From a bacterium (GTDB lineage: Bacteria; Zhuqueibacterota; Zhuqueibacteria; Residuimicrobiales; Krinioviventaceae), in assembly GCA_963675755.2 (NCBI GenBank), contig CAXXMD010000003.1, positions 2,880,001 through 2,944,000 of the forward strand: 64,000 nt of DNA, written 5' to 3'. Under the pieces are notes generated by a model. The model was not told the origin of the DNA. It saw only the letters and a list, made by a program, of their open reading frames with translations, and searched no databases. The position numbers and the translations under genes were made by a program. Positions 7,927 to 16,295 of the stretch are shown here, one piece after another (position 1 is the first letter of the stretch; each line of letters opens with the position of its first letter).

Positions 7927-8772
7927 TTAGAGTTTGGATTGTATCCAATCCCACAATATATCGAGATTTTGCTTCTTTTCAACTTCGTTAAACAATTCAT
8001 GATTTGAAATCGGACAAATATACTGCTTTTTATCCTCAGTTCCAAATAAAGAAAACATTTTTGTGGCGTCATCAATGTTGATGATATTATCATTTTCGCC
8101 CAACATTAATAATATAGGGATATTTACCTGATTTGCGTTTTTATGCACATCCTCAATTACTTCCAGCATGGATAAAAAGAACGAAACGCTTGCCATATCA
8201 TGAACCAGTTCATCTTTTTTGTATTTTTCTACTTCATTGCGATCATGTGAGAGATCGTCAGGATTAATTCCGTTGGGCATGGTAAAAGAGGGAGCGATGT
8301 GGTTCAGCATTTTTGCAAGTGTGTGTTTCCATGCCGGAACCGGTACTTTGATACCAAAAGCAGGAGATGAAAACACCACTCCATTTAATAGATTGTCAGG
8401 GTATTGTAATAAAAAATCCATGGCAATTAGCCCACCCAGACTGTGTCCCAACAATATAGAAGGTTTGTCGTCCCATTTATCCCTTATATATCCGCACATG
8501 GTTTTCATGTCTCTGGCGTATTCATGGAAATGTTTTACATGACCCCGTTTACCACCGGATTTCCCATGGCCCTGGTGATCAAGCGCATACACCGCCATAC
8601 CTTTTGGCAATACAAAATCCAGTATATTGCGGTATCGCCCGGAATGCTCACCAATTCCATGAGCAATAATCAGGTTGCCAATGTGCTCTGTTTCAGGCAG
8701 CCAATATTGATAAAATATCTCAATACCGTCCTGGTTGAGAAATTCCCCGGTAGTATGATTTCTTGTTTTCAT
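7927..8772 (-). CDS. Alpha/beta hydrolase, lysophospholipase/monoglyceride lipase family
   Basis: HGIGEHSGRY, DHQGHGKS, nucleophile elbow GHSLGG, C-terminal HELFNE. Confidence 0.9.
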   Translation of the reverse strand: MKTRNHTTGEFLNQDGIEIFYQYWLPETEHIGNLIIAHGIGEHSGRYRNILDFVLPKGMAVYALDHQGHGKSGGKRGHVKHFHEYARDMKTMCGYIRDKWDDKPSILLGHSLGGLIAMDFLLQYPDNLLNGVVFSSPAFGIKVPVPAWKHTLAKMLNHIAPSFTMPNGINPDDLSHDRNEVEKYKKDELVHDMASVSFFLSMLEVIEDVHKNANQVNIPILLMLGENDNIINIDDATKMFSLFGTEDKKQYICPISNHELFNEVEKKQNLDILWDWIQSKL

Positions 8773-9473
8773 GCTTTTTCGCTTATATTGTAGGGTAATG
8801 ATTTGATAATTGTGATCTGCCTGGGAGTCACCTCTGCCTGGTATACCAGTATCTCAACTCCATGATTTATGGCTTTTGCAAGGGTTTCAGCATAGAGGGG
8901 ATCAATATCTACCGCTGGTTCAAACCTGTCCGTGTCATTGCGCTGCACAAGGTAAAACATTACCGCGCGGTGCCCCTGATCAACCATGTCCATTAGCTCT
9001 TTGAGGTGTTTGGTTCCGCGAGAGGTAACCGCATCGGGGAACAGAGCAAGGTTGTCTCTTGCCAGAGTTACGTTTTTAACCTCTACATAGCATTTTTCTT
9101 CATCTCGGGTCAGCAGAATATCTATCCGGCTGTTTTTACCGTATGCTACCTCTCGTTTAAATTCGGTATAGCCGGTTAATTCAGGGATTTGTCCTTCTAC
9201 AATGGCATCATAGACAATCTTGTTGGGGTAATGTGTATTTATACCCACCCAGGTATCGTTTATTTGTATCATTTCCCAGGTGTATTTGTGTTTGCGTTTG
9301 GGATTATCGCTTATTGAAAGCATTACCTTGCTGCCGGGGGTTTTGCAAGAAAGCATACTGCCTGAATTTGCACAAAATGCAGTTATGTTTTCACCGCTTT
9401 CCAGCTTGATATCCGCTAAAAAGCGTTTGTAGCGTTGAATCAGTGTACCTGCGTATAGCTCGGGTAATTCCAT
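8769..9473 (-). CDS. sfsA: DNA/RNA nuclease-like sugar fermentation stimulation protein
   Basis: RYKRFLAD, NSGSM, SRIDILL, YVEVKNVT, FPDAVTSRGTKHL. Confidence 0.93.
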   Translation of the reverse strand: MELPELYAGTLIQRYKRFLADIKLESGENITAFCANSGSMLSCKTPGSKVMLSISDNPKRKHKYTWEMIQINDTWVGINTHYPNKIVYDAIVEGQIPELTGYTEFKREVAYGKNSRIDILLTRDEEKCYVEVKNVTLARDNLALFPDAVTSRGTKHLKELMDMVDQGHRAVMFYLVQRNDTDRFEPAVDIDPLYAETLAKAINHGVEILVYQAEVTPRQITIIKSLPYNISEKA

Positions 9474-9476
9474 ATA

Positions 9477-10034
9477 TTATTGTACCTCGTTGAACCAGGC
9501 GATCTCTTCAAGATCGTGTCTTTTCTTTGTTCTGATATTGTCAGAGTCCGGATATCCTACCGCAAACATGGCAACCGGTCTGTATTTGGCGGGTAGCTTT
9601 AAAGCTTTTTTTACACCTTTGGCACTGAACCAGCCAATCCAGCAGGTGCCAAGATCCAGTGCATGGGCTTGAAGTACAAAGTGTTCGCCGGCAATTCCGG
9701 AATCGATCAGGTAATAATTTAATCCGGTAATTTGTTTACCAATGCGGTTTGCCAGAACATCCAGTTTGGCGAGCTGTACAACCAGAACCGGGGCTTTTTC
9801 GGCCCAACGCGTTGCGGCAAAAACGCCAGTAAATGCATGTTTGGCAAGATTCGTTTTTGTTTCGGGATCATCAACAATAATGAACCGTGAAGGCTGCGAG
9901 TTTTCAGCAGAGGGTGCCAAGCGTGCTGCCTCTGCACATTGCAGCAAAATCTCACGTTCAATGGGTTTGTCAGCAAAGCGGCGCACGCTTTGTCTTTTTT
10001 TGAACAGTTCCATCATGGATTGAGAAAAATGCAT
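9477..10034 (-). CDS. Nitroreductase family protein
   Basis: RQSVRRF, ARLAPSAENSQP, LGTCWIG, VGYP. Confidence 0.9.
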   Translation of the reverse strand: MHFSQSMMELFKKRQSVRRFADKPIEREILLQCAEAARLAPSAENSQPSRFIIVDDPETKTNLAKHAFTGVFAATRWAEKAPVLVVQLAKLDVLANRIGKQITGLNYYLIDSGIAGEHFVLQAHALDLGTCWIGWFSAKGVKKALKLPAKYRPVAMFAVGYPDSDNIRTKKRHDLEEIAWFNEVQ

Positions 10035-10046
10035 TTATATTTCCGT

Positions 10047-11396
10047 TTAATGTATATTCAAGAGTTCTGAAACTGTAACCAGCTCGTAGCCGCGGGTTTG
10101 CAGGCTGTCTATCAGGGCGGGCAGCATATGGTGTACCTGATTGTCTTTGCGCTGGGTGTCCAGATGCATTAAAATAATACCACCATTTAGGCGGGATTCT
10201 TTGTCGTGATTGAAATTGAGAATTTTATCAAGTACCTGTTCCGGGGTTTTATAGATTGAAGAAGTAGAGTCTGTGACCCAATCATGTGTGTCCAGGTTTT
10301 CACCGCGACCAACAGTCCAGCCAATCTGCCGATAGCCCAATTCAGATGCCCATCTGCGGATTTCCAGATTATGCTCTCCGTAAGGAGCGCGCCAAAACCC
10401 GGCCATTTTTTCGCCGGTGATTTTGTGATAAAGGTCTGTGGTTTTAACAAGTTCTTCCTGAACAGCTTTGCGATCAACACCTTTGGATGTGGTTTGCTGG
10501 CGATTGTCTGTAAAGGTGGTTAAATGTGGATGGCTCCAGGTATGGTTGGCTATTTCGTGCCCATCCTTTACCATGCGCTTGACCAATTCGGGATAATGTT
10601 TCAAATAAGCACCGGTAAGAAATATAGTGCATTTCAGGTTCTTTTCCTGCAGGTAGTTCAGGATTTCTTCAGATGCCCCGTTACCTGCTCCGCCATCAAA
10701 GGTTAATGCTATTTTGGGAATGTTTCTGCTTCCGCGGGTAAAGTCCCGAGCCAGATAGTCGAGACGGGGAGGGCCATAAAAGGTCACCATTTTCTGCAAA
10801 ATCATGGCATTTCCATGAGAGTCAAGGCCTTGCACAATAATTTCGTTCGAGCCATAATCCAGTTTAATATCTTGAAACAAAAATTTATTGTTTTCCGGCA
10901 AAGTAACCGAATTGATCTTGCCATTGATTTTAAGACTGATGATAATACTGTCAGCCGCTTCACCTGCAATATCAACGGTGCTGGTGAGCACCATGGCATC
11001 GGGAGCTTTTAAAACTCCGGATTCTACAGCGGGAAGCATTCCTGTGGAAATTAAACTTTTTTGCTGTTCAGTACGGAGCAGCTTGATCTCTTGCGATAAA
11101 TTATGTATAGACAGGTACAGAACAATGAAAATGGATAAAATAACAAGATTGAAAATCAGTTTAACCGGACGAAAATGGATGTGAGGAAAGAGTGATGTTC
11201 TGCGTTCGGATGCTGTTTGGGGTTTTATTTTAACCAGCGCAAGAAAAGCGTGAAATAGTGAGGTTGAAAAGCATTTCAGGCTGCAAAAGGTGCGGCCCAG
11301 GAATTCAAACTGGCATTCACTGCATACATAATTATCGCAATGATGGCATTTCTTGCGTGTCTTTCTGTCCGGATGGTTTTTGCAATAATGTTCCAT
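10047..11396 (-). CDS. Membrane-anchored polysaccharide/peptidoglycan deacetylase (NodB) with N-terminal Cys/His zinc finger and Ig-like domain
   Basis: Start MEHYCKNH (ATG 11396); CxxH...CxxC...CxxC...CxxxC; TM helix; IALTFDGG, HEIANHTWSHP, WRAPYGE, IILMH. Confidence 0.8.
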   Translation of the reverse strand: MEHYCKNHPDRKTRKKCHHCDNYVCSECQFEFLGRTFCSLKCFSTSLFHAFLALVKIKPQTASERRTSLFPHIHFRPVKLIFNLVILSIFIVLYLSIHNLSQEIKLLRTEQQKSLISTGMLPAVESGVLKAPDAMVLTSTVDIAGEAADSIIISLKINGKINSVTLPENNKFLFQDIKLDYGSNEIIVQGLDSHGNAMILQKMVTFYGPPRLDYLARDFTRGSRNIPKIALTFDGGAGNGASEEILNYLQEKNLKCTIFLTGAYLKHYPELVKRMVKDGHEIANHTWSHPHLTTFTDNRQQTTSKGVDRKAVQEELVKTTDLYHKITGEKMAGFWRAPYGEHNLEIRRWASELGYRQIGWTVGRGENLDTHDWVTDSTSSIYKTPEQVLDKILNFNHDKESRLNGGIILMHLDTQRKDNQVHHMLPALIDSLQTRGYELVTVSELLNIH

Positions 11397-11567
11397 GACT
11401 CTAGGTATCCTGTTATCGTTGTTGAAAAAAATAGCGAAATTTTTTGCAAGAAAAAAGTTCTTTTTTTGGTTTAGAATATATACAGGAAAAGAGCTGTCTA
11501 TGCAAAAGAAATGATTTGAAATGTGCCAGAATATCCATATAATAAAAGAATTATTTTGAGGCAAATC

Positions 11568-12416
11568 ATGAAACAAAAGGTTCGTAAAGCCGCCTGGAGC
11601 GGTCAGTTTTATCCTGCTCCTTCTGCTGTATTGGAATCTATGATTCAGGGCTTTCTGGACAAGGTTACCGTTCAAGATAATAATAACAAGCCTATTGGTA
11701 TAATAGCCCCACACGCGGGTTACGCTTATTCCGGGCAAACGGCTGCAGCAGCCTTTGCCTATATTCAAGAGCAAGAGTATGAAACTGTAGTTGTTATTGC
11801 TCCCAGTCATGCTGAATTAATTGACGGTGTATCTGTTTTTGATGGAGACAGTTATTCAACTCCTTTGGGCAGTATTCCGGTAAATGTTGAACTTGCTAAA
11901 GAAATCTGTCAGCATGGCAATCGCTTGAATTATACCTCAATTGGGCATAGTAAATACACAAAACGTCCCGAGCATGCTTTGGAAGTGCAATTACCGTTTT
12001 TGCAGTATCTTTTAAAAGACACGTTTTCCATTGTGCCCATTGTTTTTCATGATTATGAATGGCAACTGTGCAGTGACCTTGGAATGGCAATAGCAGAATC
12101 GATTGCAGATGTACATAAAACACTATTGGTTGCGAGTACAGATCTGTATCATGGCTATTCTTATGACGAGTGTAAAAGAGTGGATGATATGACGGTACAT
12201 GCAATTCAGGACTTTGATCCGCAGGTGTTTATGCAAGGAATACATGACGATATTTATCAGGCTTGTGGAGCGGGTCCTGTAGCTGCTGTTCAGGTGGCAG
12301 CAAAAGCTATGGGTGCCAATAAAGTCAGAATAATAGATCAGACTACTTCAGCGGACCAGACCGGTATACGAGGTGATTGGACTGTTGGATACGTTTCAGC
12401 ATTGGTTACTGAATAG
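11568..12416 (+). CDS. amrB: AmmeMemoRadiSam system protein B (MEMO1 family)
   Basis: VRKAAWSGQFYP, IAPHAGYAYSG, PSH, EHALEVQLPFLQ, ASTDLYH, ACGAGP, VGYVS. Confidence 0.9.
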   Translation: MKQKVRKAAWSGQFYPAPSAVLESMIQGFLDKVTVQDNNNKPIGIIAPHAGYAYSGQTAAAAFAYIQEQEYETVVVIAPSHAELIDGVSVFDGDSYSTPLGSIPVNVELAKEICQHGNRLNYTSIGHSKYTKRPEHALEVQLPFLQYLLKDTFSIVPIVFHDYEWQLCSDLGMAIAESIADVHKTLLVASTDLYHGYSYDECKRVDDMTVHAIQDFDPQVFMQGIHDDIYQACGAGPVAAVQVAAKAMGANKVRIIDQTTSADQTGIRGDWTVGYVSALVTE

Positions 12417-12423
12417 GAGAAAC

Positions 12424-13311
12424 ATGGCAGAAGAAAAAATTGCAATAATTGGAACAGGAAGAGTCGGTACAGCGTTAACCAAAGCCCTGTATGAAACAGG
12501 CTTTAATATATCAGTTGTATATGATCATGATGTTGAAAAGGCTAATGAATGTGCAAGTTTGTGTGAGAACAGACCCCAGGTTGTGCCTTTTGAGCAGTTT
12601 CCGGATGATTTGAGTTTGATATTTTTTACCGTTATGGATGATAAACTTGCCGGACTCATCAAAGAAGTTTCTACTAAAATCAAAGTTTCAGATCAAACAA
12701 TTGTAACCCATTGTTCGGGAGCTTATAGTTCTCAATTGCTTGAACCCTTTGCTGACCAAACCTCTCATTTGGCATCTATACATCCGGTGCAGAGTTTTCC
12801 CGGTACTCAGGATGATTGGAAACGCCTGTTTGGTATCTATTTTGGTCTGGAAGGTGATGAAGCGGCTTTGACACGTCTGAAGAAAATTGCCAATATTATG
12901 CAAAGTCGTTTTGTTGTGATACCCACCGAGAAAAAAGTGCTTTACCATCTGGGCTGTGTAATGGCTTCTAATTATCTGGTATCTTTGATCTCAGGAGCAT
13001 TGGATGTAATGGATAATGTAGGTTTTACGCCTGAAGATGCTTTCAAGATTATTCAACCACTGGTATCTAACACATTTGAAAATATAAAGCGAGACGGCCC
13101 TTCAAAGGCGGCTACCGGTCCCATTCCTCGTGGAGATATTGGAACTGTTAAACAGCATATTCAAAATTTAGAGCAATTTCAACCCGAAATGTTGGAAATC
13201 TATACAGCTCTGGGTAAACAGCTGGTAAAAACAGTTTATAACTTGCCAAACAGCGACAAAACAACGCTGGATTCTATTAATGCATATCTGGATGACAGTA
13301 AAAAGAAATGA
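12424..13311 (+). CDS. Rossmann-like + DUF2520 oxidoreductase (PanG-like)
   Basis: IIGTGRVG, HCSGA, SIHPVQSF, YHLGCVMASN, TGPIPRGD; AGGAG upstream of ATG 12424. Confidence 0.85.
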   Translation: MAEEKIAIIGTGRVGTALTKALYETGFNISVVYDHDVEKANECASLCENRPQVVPFEQFPDDLSLIFFTVMDDKLAGLIKEVSTKIKVSDQTIVTHCSGAYSSQLLEPFADQTSHLASIHPVQSFPGTQDDWKRLFGIYFGLEGDEAALTRLKKIANIMQSRFVVIPTEKKVLYHLGCVMASNYLVSLISGALDVMDNVGFTPEDAFKIIQPLVSNTFENIKRDGPSKAATGPIPRGDIGTVKQHIQNLEQFQPEMLEIYTALGKQLVKTVYNLPNSDKTTLDSINAYLDDSKKK

Positions 13312-14168
13312 GTTTTTGTTTAGAATTTAAGAATGTTTTTTTTCAGTACACCGGTATAGGTGGATCCGATCGAAACATATTACATGATATATCTTTGACT
13401 ATTGAAAAGCCTGAATGTATTGCATTGGTTGGCCCAAGCGGGTCAGGTAAAACTACACTGGTACAGCATTTTACCGGACTTTTAAAACCGGTAAAGGGTA
13501 GTATTTATTTTAATGACCGCAATATTTGGGAAAAGCCACATCAGTTCACCGCATTACGCCAAAAAATCGGACTAGTCTTTCAATTCCCTGAATCACAGTT
13601 GTTTGAAGAAACAGTTTTCAGAGATATTGCTTTTGGTCCCGAAAAGCTGGGAGTGCCCAAAGATGAAATTACGGAACGGGTCCATTCAGCAATGAAAGCT
13701 GTGGGATTATCTTTTGATGATTTTGCAGAACGATCACCATTCAAGTTGAGTGAGGGAGAAAAGCGTCGAGTTGCTATTGCCGGTATTCTGGCTATGCAGC
13801 CCGAGATGGTTGTTATGGACGAGCCAACTGCGGGGTTAGATCCGCGAGGCGTGCGTCAGATTATTTCTATTATTGATTCGCTTGTTGAATCGGGAATTGC
13901 TGTTGTATTGATCACCCACAATATGGAACTTGTTGCAAGACTTGCCCGGCGTGTTATTGTGTTGAGAGACGGAGTAATCGTTTGGGATGATAATCCCAAA
14001 ATGTTGTTCAATGATGCCGAAATGCTTGCACAAACTCATCTGGAAGTGCCAGATACTGTTAAATTTTTAAAAGATCACCAGAGCCTGCTAAATATCGATA
14101 TTAATTCCCCACCTCTCAAAGTCCTGCTGTCGGATTATGTCAAAACTTTTAAAAATATTTACTCCTGA
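13308..14168 (+). CDS. Energy-coupling factor transporter ATPase (EcfA2/CbiO)
   Basis: Walker A GPSGSGKT, GLVFQFPESQLFEETV, LSEGEKRRVAIAG, DEPTAGLD. Confidence 0.88.
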   Translation: MSFCLEFKNVFFQYTGIGGSDRNILHDISLTIEKPECIALVGPSGSGKTTLVQHFTGLLKPVKGSIYFNDRNIWEKPHQFTALRQKIGLVFQFPESQLFEETVFRDIAFGPEKLGVPKDEITERVHSAMKAVGLSFDDFAERSPFKLSEGEKRRVAIAGILAMQPEMVVMDEPTAGLDPRGVRQIISIIDSLVESGIAVVLITHNMELVARLARRVIVLRDGVIVWDDNPKMLFNDAEMLAQTHLEVPDTVKFLKDHQSLLNIDINSPPLKVLLSDYVKTFKNIYS

Positions 14169-14240
14169 CAAGAGTGTTCAGGCATAATACAGACTGTTCA
14201 GTTGTTAAACATATGTTGATAATTGTGAGTTAGAAATCTT

Positions 14241-14258
14241 AATTACGAAAAAGTAATT
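14241..14258. promoter_or_regulatory. Palindromic operator/UAS candidate AATTAC-N6-GTAATT
   Basis: About 85-100 bp upstream of the sigma54 promoter; the same palindrome recurs at 16154-16171. Confidence 0.45.
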
Positions 14259-14340
14259 GAGGCATCGTTAATGACTATAAATACATAACTTATGTTTGAA
14301 TGGTTTGTTGTTTTTTATAGGGTTATGAAGTGAGGGTTTG

Positions 14341-14356
14341 TGGCAGACTATTTGCA
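14341..14356 (+). promoter_or_regulatory. Sigma54 (-24/-12) promoter
   Basis: TGGCAGACTATTTGCA matches TGGCAC-N5-TTGCA with exact GG/GC spacing. Confidence 0.8.
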
Positions 14357-14368
14357 CATGGACCATAG

Positions 14369-15490
14369 ATGACTATGGAAAATGGAGGTGATTTACAGAA
14401 CATGAATAACATCGGAGAGATTGAAGTATACAACCTGACAGATGTGGATTTTGATCATCTGGATACAATGACAGTATCCACGCATGGATTGACAGGATTT
14501 GAGATGTACTATCCCAAAGTCAGCAAAAATCCTGAAATTAAAAAAGTCTACGAGTTGATCAAAAAAGTTGCCAAGAGCAATGCATCTGTATTAATTCAAG
14601 GCGAAACCGGTACCGGTAAGGAATTAATAGCCGGTTCCATACAGGCGCAAAGCCTGCGTGCCAACAAACCCTTTGTTACGGTCAACTGCGCTGCACTGCA
14701 TGAAAATTTGTTAGAAAGTGAATTGTTTGGCCATGAAAAAGGTGCTTTCACCGGTGCTATTTCATCGCATTCCGGCAAGTTTGAGCAAGCAGATGGCGGG
14801 ACTTTATTTCTTGATGAAATTGGAGATATGCATCCGTCAACCCAGGCTAAAATCCTAAGGGTATTGCAAGAGCAGACTTTTAATCGCATTGGCAGCAGCA
14901 AAATGATCAAGGTGGATGTTCGTATTATTGCAGCTACCAACAAGGACTTGTGGCAGGATATAGAAGACGGTAAATTCAGAGCAGATCTTTATTATCGTTT
15001 AAATGTTGTACCCATGTATATACCCGCATTGCGCGAAAGACGTGAAGATATACCCATGCTTGCGGAATATTTTAGACATAAATTTTCAAATGAAATAAAG
15101 AAAAATGTAGGACCTTTTACTGCGGAAGCTATTGATATTCTACGAGAGCATAGCTGGACCGGTAATATTAGAGAGCTGCGCAATATTTTAGAACGTGCTG
15201 CCCTTGTTGTGCCTGAAGGAAGAGCAATTACTGCAGAGATCTTGGGCATGTCTGGTAAAGATTATTTTGGTTCAGGTGGTATTGAACGAAGACAGGCAGA
15301 GCGTACCGGTACCAATTTTAAATCGCTGAATCTGGAAGAAATAGAAAAAGAAGCTATTATTGTTGCGCTGCAACGTACCCGATGGGTACAAAAAGAGGCT
15401 GCGGCAATGTTGGGTATTTCACCCAGGGCTTTAAATTATAAAATTTCTCAACACAATATAACACATCACGGATGGAGAAAACACAGCTAA
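14369..15490 (+). CDS. Sigma54-dependent enhancer-binding protein (AAA+ and Fis-type HTH) without a recognisable sensor domain
   Basis: GETGTGKE, ESELFGHEKGAFTGA, LFLDEIG, FRADLYYRLNV, WTGNIREL, C-terminal HTH. The real start may be ATG 14402 (GGAGGT at 14384). Confidence 0.9.
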   Translation: MTMENGGDLQNMNNIGEIEVYNLTDVDFDHLDTMTVSTHGLTGFEMYYPKVSKNPEIKKVYELIKKVAKSNASVLIQGETGTGKELIAGSIQAQSLRANKPFVTVNCAALHENLLESELFGHEKGAFTGAISSHSGKFEQADGGTLFLDEIGDMHPSTQAKILRVLQEQTFNRIGSSKMIKVDVRIIAATNKDLWQDIEDGKFRADLYYRLNVVPMYIPALRERREDIPMLAEYFRHKFSNEIKKNVGPFTAEAIDILREHSWTGNIRELRNILERAALVVPEGRAITAEILGMSGKDYFGSGGIERRQAERTGTNFKSLNLEEIEKEAIIVALQRTRWVQKEAAAMLGISPRALNYKISQHNITHHGWRKHS

Positions 15491-15523
15491 CGGAAGAAAC
15501 GGATACGAGAAAATTGAAATTTT

Positions 15524-16138
15524 ATGATCACGAGAAAAAATTTTTTTGTTATATATAAACTCATCATTACAATTACATGCTCTTTGGCCTTAATCTCCCC
15601 GGTAAAGAGTCAGAATGTTTCTCTGACTGTATCCTGGAATCAAAATTCGGAAGACGATATTTTCGGTTACAAGGTTTACTGGGGGACGCGTCATCAAAAG
15701 TATGACCATCACAAGTGGGTGTCGGAGAATAATACGACACTCGATGATTTGAGAAGCGGTTTGCGTTACTATGTCGTGGTAACGGCAGTGGATTACTGGG
15801 GTAATGAAAGTGCCTTTTCAGATGAAGTTTCTCAAATCGCCGGAAGTGCAGAGGTGCCAGCGTATCTTGTCCTGGAAACCAATTATCCCAATCCATTCAA
15901 CCATGATACTGCAATCGAGTTTTCTATTCCCGAGCGGACGAATGTAAATATTCATATTTATAACCGAATTGGGCAATTGGTCAGAGATATGCGAATTGGG
16001 CCTTTGGATAGCGGCAGACATGTACGATTTTGGGACGGGTTGGATGACCAGGGAAACAGGGTATCGTCAGGAATTTATTATTATCAATTACGATCAGGAT
16101 CGGAATCGATAACAAAAAAAATGTCCCTGGTACGATAA
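15524..16138 (+). CDS. Secreted FN3-domain protein with C-terminal FlgD-Ig/T9SS-type sorting domain
   Basis: Signal peptide; VSWNQNSEDDIFGYKVYWG...YYVVVTAVDYWGNES; NYPNPFN...WDGLD..G..VSSGIYYY...KKMSLVR. Confidence 0.8.
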   Translation: MITRKNFFVIYKLIITITCSLALISPVKSQNVSLTVSWNQNSEDDIFGYKVYWGTRHQKYDHHKWVSENNTTLDDLRSGLRYYVVVTAVDYWGNESAFSDEVSQIAGSAEVPAYLVLETNYPNPFNHDTAIEFSIPERTNVNIHIYNRIGQLVRDMRIGPLDSGRHVRFWDGLDDQGNRVSSGIYYYQLRSGSESITKKMSLVR

Positions 16139-16140
16139 TG

Positions 16141-16266
16141 GGAAACTGCAATGAATTACGTATTTGTAATTTATTTACAATTACGTAACTGGGTTTTGCA
16201 GTGTTTCCGCAAATCCTGAAAAATTTTCTATTTTTTACATGTTATTTCAGGTTTCAGGATTTTTTT
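16141..16266. repeat. Two intergenic inverted repeats
   Basis: TTACGTATTTGTAA (16156-16169) / TTACAATTACGTAA (16175-16188), one mismatch, extended by GGAAACTGCAA/TTGCAGTGTTTCC. Second pair AAATCCTGAAA (16211-16221) / TTTCAGGATTT (16252-16262) is followed by Ts. Confidence 0.6.
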
Positions 16267-16295
16267 CCAATACTTGGTAATGAGATGAGGTTTTT

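Noticed and set aside
11397-11810. N-terminal extension of the 587-aa deacetylase ORF
   Set aside because: Overlaps divergent amrB and the AT-rich promoter gap; ATG 11396 is the plausible start.
16141-16266. Inverted repeats as MITE ends or a CRISPR remnant
   Set aside because: No target-site duplication, no repeat-spacer periodicity, no transposase or cas genes.
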